A program made the translations under genes and the position numbers. 64,000 nt of DNA from Rhodospirillaceae bacterium (GTDB taxonomy: Bacteria; Pseudomonadota; Alphaproteobacteria; SMXQ01). Shown here one piece after another: positions 52,679 through 63,157 of the stretch. The DNA lies in contig CANJIM010000004.1 of NCBI GenBank assembly GCA_947474495.1, positions 517 through 64,516 on the forward strand, written 5' to 3'. Every line of letters starts with the position of its first letter. The first letter of the stretch is position 1. The notes under the pieces are model-generated. The model was not told the DNA's origin and did no database searches. It saw only the letters and a list, made by a program, of their open reading frames with translations.

Positions 52679-52815
52679 ATTCTTCTCATTGCGATGGGAT
52701 CGCCGGCGTGCCGACAAACGGCCGCGGCGGTCCGATGCCCCATGACGCTGCGGCGGCGAGTCGCCATCGAGACACGGCCGTTCAGCGGACCTCACCGAAC
52801 AGTAGGAGCACGCGT

Positions 52816-53388
52816 ATGGACATCAGCAAAATTCCCGCCGGCCTCAATCCGCCTGGGGATATCTACGCCGTCATCGAAATTCCCCAGGGCGGCCTGCCGG
52901 TGAAATACGAGCTGGATAAGGCGTCCGGCGCACTGTTCGTCGATCGTTTCCTGCACACCTCGATGATCTACCCCGCCAATTACGGCTTCGTGCCGCACAC
53001 CCTGTCGCAAGACGGCGATCCGTGCGACGTGCTGGTCGTCAGCCAGACGCCGGTCGTGCCCGGTGCGGTGATTCGCTGCCGCCCGGTCGGCGCACTGAAG
53101 ATGACTGACGAAGCCGGTCCCGACGAAAAGATCATCGCCGTGCCGGTCGACAAGCTGCATCCGTTCTACCGCGACGTGCAGAGCTATACCGATCTGCCGG
53201 TTATCCTGCGCGAGCAGATCGCGCATTTCTTCCAGCACTACAAAGACCTGGAAAAAGACAAGTGGGTGACCATCGTCGAATGGGTCGGGCCTGAGGAGGC
53301 GATGGAACTGATCGCCGCCGGCATGCAGCTCGCCAAGGACAAGGAAAGTACGGACAAGGCGAAAACGGACAAGCCAGCCGGCAAATAG
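52816..53388 (+). CDS. ppa: Inorganic pyrophosphatase
   Basis: [23 protein letters not shown] and DGDPCDVLV motifs. The track ORF from 52528 runs across the tRNA and is an artefact. Confidence 0.9.
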   Translation: MDISKIPAGLNPPGDIYAVIEIPQGGLPVKYELDKASGALFVDRFLHTSMIYPANYGFVPHTLSQDGDPCDVLVVSQTPVVPGAVIRCRPVGALKMTDEAGPDEKIIAVPVDKLHPFYRDVQSYTDLPVILREQIAHFFQHYKDLEKDKWVTIVEWVGPEEAMELIAAGMQLAKDKESTDKAKTDKPAGK

Positions 53389-53469
53389 CGCCGGCGCCGT
53401 CATGGCGCGGCGGGACTTATCGGCGATGATGCACTAGCATGGGCGCGACCCACTGCAGCCCGAGGTTTC

Positions 53470-54048
53470 ATGGCATCCAAATTCGCGCCCGGCGCCACCG
53501 TTCATAACAAGGACGGCCGCGTCTATATCGTCGACATGGTCGAAGACGGCGTCGTCTATTGCCGTACCGACGGCGGCGCGGAAACCGAATTCGCCGAAGC
53601 GGCGCTGTTCACGGAGGCCGAATGGGCCGCCAAATCCGGCGGCCGCCGCGAACAGTTCTACGCCCGGCTCAAGCAATCGAAGACATACGCCCAGGCCGCC
53701 GCCGCCCATGCGGACGATGCGGCGTCGGCGCCGATCCTGCTGAAGCTCGATAAATTGTCGCCCGGCATCCTCGATTACATCGCCTTCTCCAGCGCGGTCC
53801 GCGTGTTGCGCGATAACGGCGACGACGATCTCGGCAGCGATCTTTCGGTTGTGAAATGCCGCGCCGCGTTCGACGCCGCGCCGGCCGGCACGCGCCTCGC
53901 GCTCGCCGCCTCGGTGCTCGCTCTCACGCCCGTCGCCCTGCTCGACGCCGGGCGGCTCGGCGACAATCTGATCCGCGCGCTGATCGAGAAGGGTCTCGCG
54001 CCGCAGATGGATGCCTTCGACGAATTCCTCGACCGCCCGCGGCGCTAA
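53470..54048 (+). CDS. Hypothetical protein
   Basis: 192-aa ORF with coding-like codon usage and no recognisable motifs. Confidence 0.45.
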   Translation: MASKFAPGATVHNKDGRVYIVDMVEDGVVYCRTDGGAETEFAEAALFTEAEWAAKSGGRREQFYARLKQSKTYAQAAAAHADDAASAPILLKLDKLSPGILDYIAFSSAVRVLRDNGDDDLGSDLSVVKCRAAFDAAPAGTRLALAASVLALTPVALLDAGRLGDNLIRALIEKGLAPQMDAFDEFLDRPRR

Positions 54049-54066
54049 CGATCAGACGCGCGACAC

Positions 54067-54519
54067 ATGACCGAAATTTACATCGATGCCGATGCTTGCC
54101 CGGTGCGTGAAGAAGTCTACCGCGTCGCCGACCGGCTCCAGTTGCAGGTCTATGTCGTCTCCAACGGTTCGCGGCCGATTCCGCCGGCGCGGCGCGATCA
54201 CGTGAAGATGATCACCGTCGACGAGGGTGCCGACAAGGCGGACGATTGGATCGCCGAGCGCATCGGTCCGAAGGATGTCTGCGTCACCTCCGACATTCCG
54301 CTCGCTTCGCGCTGTCTGTCGCGCGGCGCGCGCGCCCTGGCGCCGACCGGAAAATTATGGACGCCGGACAATATCGGCAGCGCCCTGGCCGGGCGCGAGC
54401 TGTCGCGCCACTTGCGCGAGCTTGGCGGTGGTGGCGGGCCGCCGCCCTTCGCCAAGCAAGACCGTTCGCGCTTTCTGAGCGCGCTCGACACGCTCGTCCA
54501 GCAGGCCCTGCGGGCCTAG
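54067..54519 (+). CDS. YaiI/YqgE-like UPF0178 (DUF188) protein
   Basis: N-terminus MTEIYIDADACPV is the signature of the UPF0178 family. Confidence 0.75.
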   Translation: MTEIYIDADACPVREEVYRVADRLQLQVYVVSNGSRPIPPARRDHVKMITVDEGADKADDWIAERIGPKDVCVTSDIPLASRCLSRGARALAPTGKLWTPDNIGSALAGRELSRHLRELGGGGGPPPFAKQDRSRFLSALDTLVQQALRA

Positions 54520-54615
54520 GGGTTCAGCAAGCGCTTCGCGCTTAGCGTGCAGCCGGCGACGACTTTTTTCAAAAACTGCGGGAGCCATTTTCCCTGCCCA
54601 GCGTTGGCAGAGGTC

Positions 54616-55500
54616 ATGACCCCACCCATTCGTTTCAATATCGGCTGCGATTTGCGGTTTTTTCCGCAGGGCGAAGCCGTTGTCCTGCTGCATCTGCAAG
54701 CCATGCAATTTTCCGGGCAGCGTCTGCACCAGGAAAGCCTGCGCGTTTCCGCCGGCAATGCCGGACCCGAGATCCCGTTCGACAGCTATATCGCGCCGGG
54801 CAGTTGCAACCGCTTGCTGCGTGTCGTCGTCCCAGCACAGCCCGGCGTGCCGGAGATATTCGTCGCCTATCGTGCCGAGGTGGCGCCGACGCCGCTGTTG
54901 CACGATCCGATCAGCGTGATGGAAGTGCCCGTCGCCGAGCTGCCCTTCGCCGTGCAGACCTATTTGCTGGCGAGCCGCTATTGCCAATCGGATTTGTTGC
55001 GGCCCTTTGCCGAGCAACAGTTCGGTCATCTGCTGCCGGGCCACAGCCGCGTTACTGCGATCTGCAACTGGATCCGCGACAATGTGAAATATGCCGAAGG
55101 CAGCAGCGATACCTCGACCACGGCGCATGACACGCTGGGTTTGCGTAGCGGCGTCTGCCGCGATTTCGCCCATCTCGGCATCGCGCTGTGCCGCGCCCTC
55201 GATATTCCGGCGCGCTTCGTCAGCGCCTACGCGCCTGGATTATTTCCGGAAGATTTTCACGCGCTATTTGAAGTCTATCTCGCCGGTCGCTGGTATCTGT
55301 TCGATCCGACGCGGCTGGCATCGACCGATCGCGCCGTGCGGATCGGCGTCGGCCGCGACGCGATGGATGTGTCCTTTGCGACAATCTACGGCGATGTGCA
55401 GACGACGAAACCCATCGTCTATGCCGAGATCCCGGGCGAACCTTTGATCGCCGATGCGGCCCCGCTCACTCTGCAGGCCGTGAGTTTTTCCGACGTCTGA
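54616..55500 (+). CDS. Transglutaminase-like cysteine-protease superfamily protein
   Basis: GVCRDFAHLGIALCRALDIPARFVSAY contains the Cys core of the transglutaminase-like catalytic triad. The start is set at an internal Met. Confidence 0.7.
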   Translation: MTPPIRFNIGCDLRFFPQGEAVVLLHLQAMQFSGQRLHQESLRVSAGNAGPEIPFDSYIAPGSCNRLLRVVVPAQPGVPEIFVAYRAEVAPTPLLHDPISVMEVPVAELPFAVQTYLLASRYCQSDLLRPFAEQQFGHLLPGHSRVTAICNWIRDNVKYAEGSSDTSTTAHDTLGLRSGVCRDFAHLGIALCRALDIPARFVSAYAPGLFPEDFHALFEVYLAGRWYLFDPTRLASTDRAVRIGVGRDAMDVSFATIYGDVQTTKPIVYAEIPGEPLIADAAPLTLQAVSFSDV

Positions 55501-55503
55501 GGC

Positions 55504-56487
55504 CTAGGGCTTGTAAAGCCCGGCCGCCGCTGCACGCAACTTCAGCAGAGTCACCAAGAGATCGAGCGTCGGCGTCTCGACGCCAGCAAGGCGCGCCATC
55601 TCCAAGGGGATGGTGTAGATGGCGTCCACCTCCATGGCGCGGCCCAACTCCAGGTCCTGCAGAATGCTCGGCTTGTGCGCGCTCGGCGACAGGCGGCGCA
55701 GCACGTCTTCGGCGTCGGCGGTCACCTTGCAGCCCATAGCGTTGGCGATCGCGGCGCCTTCCGCCACGGTGCGCCGCGTGGCATTGCGGCAGGCCTCCTC
55801 GGCATAGATCGTGAGAAAATTCGACTGCGCCAGCACGGCGAGCGAGCCGCTGGAAAAGTTCGACATCAGCTTGGCCCAGATGGCGTCGCGGATGTTCGCC
55901 ACCACCGGCACGTCCATGCCGCCGGCGATCAAGGCCTTGGCGATGGCCTCGGCGCGCGGCGTGATCCGGCCGTTGGGCTCGCCCATGATGAGGCGGTTAA
56001 TCGGGCTGGTGACGTTGACGAGGCCAGGGGCGTCGACGCTACAGGAGGAATAGATCGTGCCGCCGAGCACGCGCGCCGGATCGACGGCGCGGCGCATCGC
56101 ATCGCCGGGATCGAGCCGCGCCAGGCGGCGGTCGTCGTGCGGGCCGCCATGGTTCTGGAAATACCACCAGGGAATGCCGTTAATGACGAACAGCACGGCT
56201 GTGTCGGGCCCGAGCAACGGGCCGATGCCGGCGGCGACCGAGGGCAGGGCGGGGGCCTTGGCGGTGACGATGACGACATCCTGCGGGCCGAGATCGCGCG
56301 CATCGTCGCTCGCCGGCGGCTTGAAGGCCTGCACGTCGCCGCCCGTATATTTCACGGTCAGGCCGTTGGCTTGGATCGCCGCGAGATGGGGACCACGCGC
56401 GATCAGCGACGGCGTGATGCCGCCCTTGTGAAGCCGTCCGGCCAGATTGCCGCCGATGGCGCCGGCGCCGAAAATGCAGATGCGCAT
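55504..56487 (-). CDS. panE: 2-dehydropantoate 2-reductase (ketopantoate reductase, ApbA/PanE family)
   Basis: MRICIFGAGAIGG Rossmann N-terminus, ~327 aa, with the ApbA C-terminal domain. Confidence 0.75.
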   Translation of the reverse strand: MRICIFGAGAIGGNLAGRLHKGGITPSLIARGPHLAAIQANGLTVKYTGGDVQAFKPPASDDARDLGPQDVVIVTAKAPALPSVAAGIGPLLGPDTAVLFVINGIPWWYFQNHGGPHDDRRLARLDPGDAMRRAVDPARVLGGTIYSSCSVDAPGLVNVTSPINRLIMGEPNGRITPRAEAIAKALIAGGMDVPVVANIRDAIWAKLMSNFSSGSLAVLAQSNFLTIYAEEACRNATRRTVAEGAAIANAMGCKVTADAEDVLRRLSPSAHKPSILQDLELGRAMEVDAIYTIPLEMARLAGVETPTLDLLVTLLKLRAAAAGLYKP

Positions 56488-56552
56488 GACAGACCCTCGA
56501 AACGACGAGCGCCGCGAAAGCGGCGCCCATCAGGTTCGCGATCTTGGGCGGT

Positions 56553-57197
56553 TCACATCGGCGGCGTCAAGCCGTTGGTGCCGACGCTGATCGAGGTCGC
56601 GGTCAGGCTGCCGTCGGGGGCCATGTAGCCGGCGATGTTCGCCTTGGCGCCGTCGACGATCAAATCGCGCGTGCCGGGCTCGAGCCGCACGATCGGCGCG
56701 TCGTCGGGCACGATCACCGTCTGCGTGCCGCCTTTGTAGCTCAAGGTGAGAATGCGCCGCGCGTCGGCGTCGGTCGCGTTCTGCGCCACCTGCGCGTTGG
56801 TCGCCATGTCAGCCTCGACCGTCGCGTTGGTCATGGTGCTGCCCTCCGCGAGATCGAAGGGACGGTGGCCTTCGCCGACGCCGCGCTGGGCCTCGGTGAA
56901 AATATGGACCTCGATGGCGCGCAGCATGCCGTTCTTATCGGGCAGGGCGGCGGTGCCGATGTAGCTGCCGGTCTTGATGTCCGACAGGGTGGTGCCGCTG
57001 ACGGCGGTGATGCGCGTCTCCGGCGTCATCAGCACGGTGATGCTTTTCTCCTGGTCGCGGATCGCGAAGGTCAGCTTGTCGCCTTTGACCTCGTCGATGC
57101 TGCCGCGCAGGCGGGTTTGCGGCTGCGTTTGCGCCGAGACAGCATGGACGGCGAGCAGCAGCGGCAGGGCGATCAAGGCGGCGATGACGGATTTCAT
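56553..57197 (-). CDS. Hypothetical periplasmic protein
   Basis: Signal peptide MKSVIAALIALPLLLAVHAVSA; no recognised domain. Confidence 0.45.
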   Translation of the reverse strand: MKSVIAALIALPLLLAVHAVSAQTQPQTRLRGSIDEVKGDKLTFAIRDQEKSITVLMTPETRITAVSGTTLSDIKTGSYIGTAALPDKNGMLRAIEVHIFTEAQRGVGEGHRPFDLAEGSTMTNATVEADMATNAQVAQNATDADARRILTLSYKGGTQTVIVPDDAPIVRLEPGTRDLIVDGAKANIAGYMAPDGSLTATSISVGTNGLTPPM

Positions 57198-57457
57198 AAC
57201 GACTCCCATGGACGTGCGACATTTAACCATTCAAGCAGCTTCTTCCCAACCTCAAGGTCAAGCTGCCGTGATCCACCGCGGGTTCCGATCTGGTGGCCAT
57301 CCACCGATCCGGATAGCGCCACTCCGGCAAAAAGCCCAATCATTCCATAATCTGTGCCGCCTCGTGACAGGGCCGGAACGAGCGGCTAGCATTCCCTCCA
57401 TAACGGGTCCAACGCCCGGAGAAGAACAGGCGGAACGCCTGAGGGGGAGGCGCGGCG

Positions 57458-57961
57458 ATGATGACCAGTCTGCTCATACTGCATGGCCTCCTGGCATTCG
57501 CGCTGCTGGGGGCGCTCACCCATCAGGCCGTGGCCGTCGCCTGGCCGTTCCGTGGGCCGGCGCGCGATGCGGATAGTTTCGCCAAGCGCTTTCGCGCCGT
57601 CTCGGCGCCAGCTTATACCCATACGATCATCGTCCTGTTTCTCGTCACCTTCGCCATCGGCATGGTGATCTATCCGGCCTATCGGCTGAACGTGCGACCC
57701 TATCTGCAGGATTACCGCATGTTCGCCGCCGAGGGCGCCTTCGAGATCAAGGAGCATCTCGCCGCCATCGCGCTCGGCCTCTTGCCGCTCTACTGGGTCT
57801 TGTGGCGGCGGCCATCGCTTGAAAGCGGGGCGCCGAACGACGTGGCGCAGGACGCGCGCTGGGCGCGCCTCGCGGTGACACTGATGATCGCCATCGCCGC
57901 CTGGGCGAGCTTCTTCGTCGGCCATATCCTCAACAATATTCGCGGGCTGTTCGGCACATGA
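57458..57961 (+). CDS. Hypothetical integral membrane protein (4 TM)
   Basis: Four hydrophobic segments. Its stop overlaps the next start (ATGA). Confidence 0.5.
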   Translation: MMTSLLILHGLLAFALLGALTHQAVAVAWPFRGPARDADSFAKRFRAVSAPAYTHTIIVLFLVTFAIGMVIYPAYRLNVRPYLQDYRMFAAEGAFEIKEHLAAIALGLLPLYWVLWRRPSLESGAPNDVAQDARWARLAVTLMIAIAAWASFFVGHILNNIRGLFGT

Positions 57962-58281
57962 GGGCATTGCGATTCACCGCGGTCTTCGGCGCGACCTTCG
58001 CCATCCTCTATGTCATGGCGATGGAAATGAACATCGCCGCCTTCACCTATCACCCGCGCCTGATGGCATTCGGCCTCGGCAGCGAAGCGCCGCGCAGCGG
58101 CCCGGCGATGTATTGGTACGGCTGGCTGGCCACCGCGGCACTCGGCGGCCTAGCCCTCGGCCTGCTCGCCGCCGTTCTGCCCGTGCGTGGCGCCAAGCTG
58201 TGGTACGCGCTCGGCTGGCTGGCACCGCTCGGTGCCATGCTCGCGGCGCTCTATTTCATGCTCCCCTTCTTCACCAGGTGA
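57958..58281 (+). CDS. Hypothetical small membrane protein (3-4 TM)
   Basis: Hydrophobic segments. It is translationally coupled to both flanking genes. Confidence 0.45.
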   Translation: MRALRFTAVFGATFAILYVMAMEMNIAAFTYHPRLMAFGLGSEAPRSGPAMYWYGWLATAALGGLALGLLAAVLPVRGAKLWYALGWLAPLGAMLAALYFMLPFFTR

Positions 58282-58661
58282 GGGATTTGCGCGCCGCTGT
58301 CGCCTTTACGCTTGTTGCGATGTGCGCCTCTTCGGCTTTGGCCGGCGGCGACGATCTGTACGGCGACACGGAAGGCCATCTGCCGCAATTCGTCGGTATC
58401 GCGCGCGACATCAAAACGTTCAAGCCGATCGCCGGCATGCGGGTCATCGCCACTCTCAAGACGACGCGCGCCGGCATGATCACCTATTCCGACGACGAAG
58501 GGCGCTTTCGCATCGAAGGTTTCATCGACGGCTTCGATGCCGACGCCGTTGAGATCAGCTGCGCCAAGCCAGGCTACAAGCCGGTCAACGTCATCCGCCG
58601 CAAGATCTCTGGCGATCCCGCCGCGCCGGTCGAGGTGGAATGCCTGAACGAGCGCGGCTGA
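58278..58661 (+). CDS. Hypothetical secreted protein
   Basis: The GTG start overlaps the upstream stop (GTGA). It has a signal peptide VAFTLVAMCASSALA. Confidence 0.4.
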   Translation: MRDLRAAVAFTLVAMCASSALAGGDDLYGDTEGHLPQFVGIARDIKTFKPIAGMRVIATLKTTRAGMITYSDDEGRFRIEGFIDGFDADAVEISCAKPGYKPVNVIRRKISGDPAAPVEVECLNERG

Positions 58662-60364
58662 TCCGTCCCGCGCTCGCCCTTGCCGCCTTCCTGTTAGGGG
58701 GATGCGCCGGGCCACTCCCCCTCGCCGATCCCGCCGACATGATCCTGACCGGGGGCCGCGTCGTCACGCTCGATGCCGATTCGTCCGTCGTTCAGGCGCT
58801 GGCGATCAAGGGCGAGCGCATCATCGCCGTCGGCAGTGACCGCGACATTGCCGCGCGGGCCGGGGCGCGGACTCAGCGCATCGATCTGGCGGGTCGCACC
58901 GTCATTCCCGGCCTGATCGATTCGCACATTCACGCCATTCGCGCCGGCCTGACCTATGAAGCGGCCGCCGATTGGACCGGGGCGGCGAGCATTGCCGACG
59001 CGATGGCGCGCATTGGCGCGCGCGCGGCGGTCACGCCGCCCGGCCAGTGGATCGTCGTCTCGGGCGGCTGGACCGAACAGCAATTCGCCGAGCGGCGGCG
59101 GCCGAGCCAGGCCGAGCTGATCGCTGCGGCGCCCGATCACCCGGTCTATGTGCAACTGTCCTATCGCGCCGCGCTACTGACGCCGGCCGGCTCTCGCGCG
59201 CTCAACATCGCCAGCGATGCCGATCTGCCGTCCGGCGCGCGTCGGGAACAGGATGCGGCTGGCGCCTTCACCGGCTGGATCGAAGGGCCGAGCCCGAGCA
59301 TCGTCGCGCTGTTCGCGCGGTTGCCGAAGCCCGATCTCTCGGCGCGGATGGCCAGCACGCGCGCCTTCTTTCGCGAGCTCAATCGCCTCGGTCTGACCGG
59401 CGCGCTCGATCCCGGCGGTCATAACCTCGCGCCCGAGGATTATGACGTACCGTTCGCCTTGGCGCGGGCGGGCGATCTCAGTCTGCGGCTCGATTACAGC
59501 ATCTTCGCGCCGCGCCCCGGTCGCGAGTTGCAAGACCTGCAATCGTTGGCGCGCGACATGCCGTTGCAGCATAGCCGGGACGGCCTGTTGCGCTTCAATG
59601 GCGTCGGGGAAGCGGTCACTTGGGGCATGTATAACAACGAGACGCCGAGCGAGGCGCAGAAGGACGATTACTATCGCGTGGCCCGTTGGGCGGCAGAGCA
59701 GGGACTGACCCTGACGCAGCATTGGAACAGCGATAAATCCGTCCATCACCTGCTTGAGGTTTTCGAACGCGTGAACCGCGACCTGCCCCTGGCGCCGCTG
59801 CGCTGGTCGATCGCCCATCTGCACGATGCGTCGGTGGAAACGCTTGCGCGCATGAAAGCGCTCGGCATCGGCTGGCTGATGCAGGACGGCACCTATTTCG
59901 CCGCGCCTTTGTTTCTCGCGAACCGCGCGCCGCAATTGCGCCGCCAAAGCCCGCCCATCGTCAGCGCCATAGCGATGGGCTTGCCGGTCGGCGCCGGCAC
60001 CGATGCCGACCGCGTGATGGATTACAATCCGTTCGTGGCGTTGCGTTGGATGCTCGACGGCTTGACGGTGGGCGGCGAGCCGACGCGGGACGCGGCGCAG
60101 ATCCCGACGCGCGAACAGGCGCTGCGGCTTTATACCCAGGGCAGCGCTTGGTTTGCCTTCGATGAGGCACGCCGGGGCAGCTTGGAGATGGGCAAGCTGG
60201 CGGATCTCGCCGTTCTCGACGCCGATTATTTCACCGTGCCGACCCCCGATATCGCACGCATCCGGTCGCTTCTCACGGTGGTCGGCGGACAGGTCGTCTA
60301 TGCCGCTGAACCCTACGGAAAAAGCCGCGAGAGCGCGGAACTTTTTCCTGAGCGGCGGCGTTGA
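58640..60364 (+). CDS. Amidohydrolase-3 family metal-dependent hydrolase (predicted lipoprotein)
   Basis: Lipobox LLGGCAG; metal-binding GLIDSHIHA motif; 574 aa. Confidence 0.75.
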   Translation: MPERARLIRPALALAAFLLGGCAGPLPLADPADMILTGGRVVTLDADSSVVQALAIKGERIIAVGSDRDIAARAGARTQRIDLAGRTVIPGLIDSHIHAIRAGLTYEAAADWTGAASIADAMARIGARAAVTPPGQWIVVSGGWTEQQFAERRRPSQAELIAAAPDHPVYVQLSYRAALLTPAGSRALNIASDADLPSGARREQDAAGAFTGWIEGPSPSIVALFARLPKPDLSARMASTRAFFRELNRLGLTGALDPGGHNLAPEDYDVPFALARAGDLSLRLDYSIFAPRPGRELQDLQSLARDMPLQHSRDGLLRFNGVGEAVTWGMYNNETPSEAQKDDYYRVARWAAEQGLTLTQHWNSDKSVHHLLEVFERVNRDLPLAPLRWSIAHLHDASVETLARMKALGIGWLMQDGTYFAAPLFLANRAPQLRRQSPPIVSAIAMGLPVGAGTDADRVMDYNPFVALRWMLDGLTVGGEPTRDAAQIPTREQALRLYTQGSAWFAFDEARRGSLEMGKLADLAVLDADYFTVPTPDIARIRSLLTVVGGQVVYAAEPYGKSRESAELFPERRR

Positions 60365-60400
60365 AAAAAGCCGGGGACAACATCCGGTGAATCCTGCCGG

Positions 60401-62179
60401 ATGGACCCTGTGACCTTCGATCAAATCGCTATTTTCGCCATCCTCGCTGCGGCCCTCGGGCTTTTCGTGTGGGATCGCATCCGCTATGACCTGGTCGCCA
60501 TGCTGGCCCTGATGGCGGCCGTCGCCTGTGGGGTGGTCTCCCCCGCCGCCGCCTTCCACGGCTTCAGCGACGATATCGTCATCATCATCGCCTCGGCTCT
60601 TGTGATCAGCGCGGCGGTCGCCAAATCCGGCCTCGCCGAGGCGGCGCTCCGGCCGGTCGCCGGCTGGATGAAAAGCAGCGAGATGCAGGTCGGCGTGCTC
60701 GCGTCGATCGTCGCCGTGCTGTCGGCCTTCATGAAAAATATCGGCGCTTTGGCGATCATGATGCCGATCGCCTTTCAGCTGTCGCGGCGCAACGAAACGC
60801 CGGTGTCGCGCGTCCTGATGCCGCTGTCCTTCGCCGCGCTGCTCGGCGGCATGATGACGTTGATCGGCACCTCGCCCAACATCATCGTTTCGAAGATGCG
60901 CCAGGAAATCCTTGGCGAGCCCTATGGCATGTTCGATTTTTTCCCGGTCGCGGCGGTTCTGACCGTCATCGGCGTCGTGTTTCTGATCTTCGGCTGGCGG
61001 CTCTTGCCGCGCCGGGATGAAGCCGACGCCAAGGACGCGTTTTCCGATGACAATTACCAGACTGAGGTGCGGCTGCCGGAAGAGAACCCGCTGGTCGGCA
61101 AAACGGTCGCCGATTTCGAGGCGCTGGGCGAAGGCGATATGACGGTCGCCGCGATCCTGCGCGAGAACAATCGCCGTTACGTGCCGAACGCCCACTGGAC
61201 CTTGTTCGCGGGCGACATCCTTGTCGTACAGGGTGATGCCGGCGCGCTGGAGAAAATCGTCGCCGAAGCCAAGCTCGAGTTGGTCCATGACCGCGAGATG
61301 CCGGATGAAGACGAAAAGAAAACCGATCAAGCGGTGATGGAGGCGGTCATTCCGCCCGATTCGCTGCTGGTCGGTTCGACGGTCGAGCAATTGCGCCTGC
61401 GCGACCGCTACGGCCTCAACCTTCTGTCGCTCAGCCGCCGCGGTGGCAACATCCGCAATCGCCTGCAGCGCGTGCGCCTGCAGGCCGGCGACGTCATCGT
61501 GCTGCGCGGCGCGGTCAAGAGCGTCAATGACGCGCCGGCCGTGCTCGGTTGCCTGCCGCTGGCCGAGCGCAATCTGCGGCTCGGCGAGCGGCGCCATCGC
61601 TATCGCGCCGCGATCATCCTCGCCATTGCCATGGGGGCGGCGGCGAGCGGCACGGTATCGGTCGCCATCGCTTTCTTCGGCGCGGCGGTCGCCATTCTGG
61701 CCACCGGCGCCTTGACGTTGAAAGAGGCCTATCAGGTCATCGAGTGGCCGATCCTCGTTCTGCTCGGCGCCTTGATTCCGGTCAGCGACGCGCTGCGCAC
61801 CACGGGCGGGGCTGAGTTGATCGCCGCCGGACTTGCGGTCGTCGCCGACATGGTGCCGCCGACCGGCGCAGTCGGACTGATCCTTGTCGCCGCCATGGCG
61901 GTCACGCCCTTTCTCAACAACGCGGCGACCGTGCTGGTGATGGCGCCGATCGGCGCCAGCTTGGCGCAACGCCTCGGGCTCAACCCCGACCCGTTCCTGA
62001 TGGCGGTCGCGGTCGGCGCAGCGAGCGATTTTCTCACGCCGATCGGCCATCAATGCAACACGCTGGTGATGGGACCGGGCTGCTACCGCTTCAACGATTA
62101 CTGGCGCCTCGGCCTGCCCTTGTCGGTGCTGGTCGCCACGCTCGGCACCTTCCTCATCGTCATGGTCTGGCCGCTGTAA
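60401..62179 (+). CDS. SLC13/DASS-family anion permease with two central TrkA-C (RCK_C) domains
   Basis: N- and C-terminal transporter repeats (GTSPNII, NNAATVLVMAPIG) flank two TrkA-C-like segments (GKTVADFEAL..., GSTVEQLRLRDRYGLNLLSL). Confidence 0.8.
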   Translation: MDPVTFDQIAIFAILAAALGLFVWDRIRYDLVAMLALMAAVACGVVSPAAAFHGFSDDIVIIIASALVISAAVAKSGLAEAALRPVAGWMKSSEMQVGVLASIVAVLSAFMKNIGALAIMMPIAFQLSRRNETPVSRVLMPLSFAALLGGMMTLIGTSPNIIVSKMRQEILGEPYGMFDFFPVAAVLTVIGVVFLIFGWRLLPRRDEADAKDAFSDDNYQTEVRLPEENPLVGKTVADFEALGEGDMTVAAILRENNRRYVPNAHWTLFAGDILVVQGDAGALEKIVAEAKLELVHDREMPDEDEKKTDQAVMEAVIPPDSLLVGSTVEQLRLRDRYGLNLLSLSRRGGNIRNRLQRVRLQAGDVIVLRGAVKSVNDAPAVLGCLPLAERNLRLGERRHRYRAAIILAIAMGAAASGTVSVAIAFFGAAVAILATGALTLKEAYQVIEWPILVLLGALIPVSDALRTTGGAELIAAGLAVVADMVPPTGAVGLILVAAMAVTPFLNNAATVLVMAPIGASLAQRLGLNPDPFLMAVAVGAASDFLTPIGHQCNTLVMGPGCYRFNDYWRLGLPLSVLVATLGTFLIVMVWPL

Positions 62180-62224
62180 CCCAGAAGCGGTTATGATCGC
62201 GCTTCACGATCCGGGAGCCCATCG

Positions 62225-63157
62225 ATGAGCGACGACGCCCTGCCGCCCTCTTTCGATATCGTCATCGAAGCGCGCAAAGCCGATCTCGGCGGCGGCTTCG
62301 TCGTCGGGCGCGTGCTGCCCTTCCGGCTGCATCGCACGGTCGGGCCCTTCGTGTTCTTCGATCATGCCGGGCCCATGACTCTACCGCCCAATATCCCGCG
62401 CGCGGTCGACGTGCGGCCGCATCCGCATATCAGTTTGGCGACGGTGAGCTATCTCTTCGCCGGCCAGATCACGCACCGTGACAGCCTCGGCGTCCAACAG
62501 GTGATCGAGCCCGGCGCCGTCAATTGGATGACGGCAGGGCGCGGCATCAGCCATTCCGAACGCTTCGAAGGGCGCTTCAAACAAGAGGGCGGCGCGCTCG
62601 ATCTCATCCAGAGCTGGGTCGCCTTGCCGGAGGCGGACGAGGAGATGGCGCCGGCCTTCGATCATTATCCCGCCGCCGGGCTGCCGGTGCAGCAGGACAA
62701 GGGCCTGTGGATGCGGCTGGTCGCCGGCGATGCCTTCGGTCTGACGAGCGGCGTGAAGACGCGCTCGCCACTGTTCTACGTCCATGTCGAATTGCAGCCG
62801 GGCGCCAAAATCGCGGCGCCGGATGGCCACGCCGAACGCGCTGTCTATGTCGCCCATGGCCGCGTGCGCATCGAAGGGCGGGATTACGGGCATGGCCAGA
62901 TGGTCGTTTTCAAGCCGGGTGCGGCGCCGGCGATCACAGCGCTGGAGTCCGCCACCGTCATGCTGCTCGGCGGCGAAGCGCTCGGGCCGCGTCACATCTG
63001 GTGGAATTTTGTTTCATCACGCAAAGAGCGTATCGAACAGGCGAAAGCCGATTGGAAGGCGGGGCGCATAGAATTGCCGCCGACCGACAAAGACGAGTTC
63101 ATTCCGCTGCCGGACGATGCGCCCGTGAAAGCACCGACAAAAGATGCCGCGCATTAA
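62225..63157 (+). CDS. Pirin family protein
   Basis: RPHPHISLATVSYLFAG...HRDSLG contains the pirin cupin His motifs. ~310 aa. Confidence 0.85.
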   Translation: MSDDALPPSFDIVIEARKADLGGGFVVGRVLPFRLHRTVGPFVFFDHAGPMTLPPNIPRAVDVRPHPHISLATVSYLFAGQITHRDSLGVQQVIEPGAVNWMTAGRGISHSERFEGRFKQEGGALDLIQSWVALPEADEEMAPAFDHYPAAGLPVQQDKGLWMRLVAGDAFGLTSGVKTRSPLFYVHVELQPGAKIAAPDGHAERAVYVAHGRVRIEGRDYGHGQMVVFKPGAAPAITALESATVMLLGGEALGPRHIWWNFVSSRKERIEQAKADWKAGRIELPPTDKDEFIPLPDDAPVKAPTKDAAH

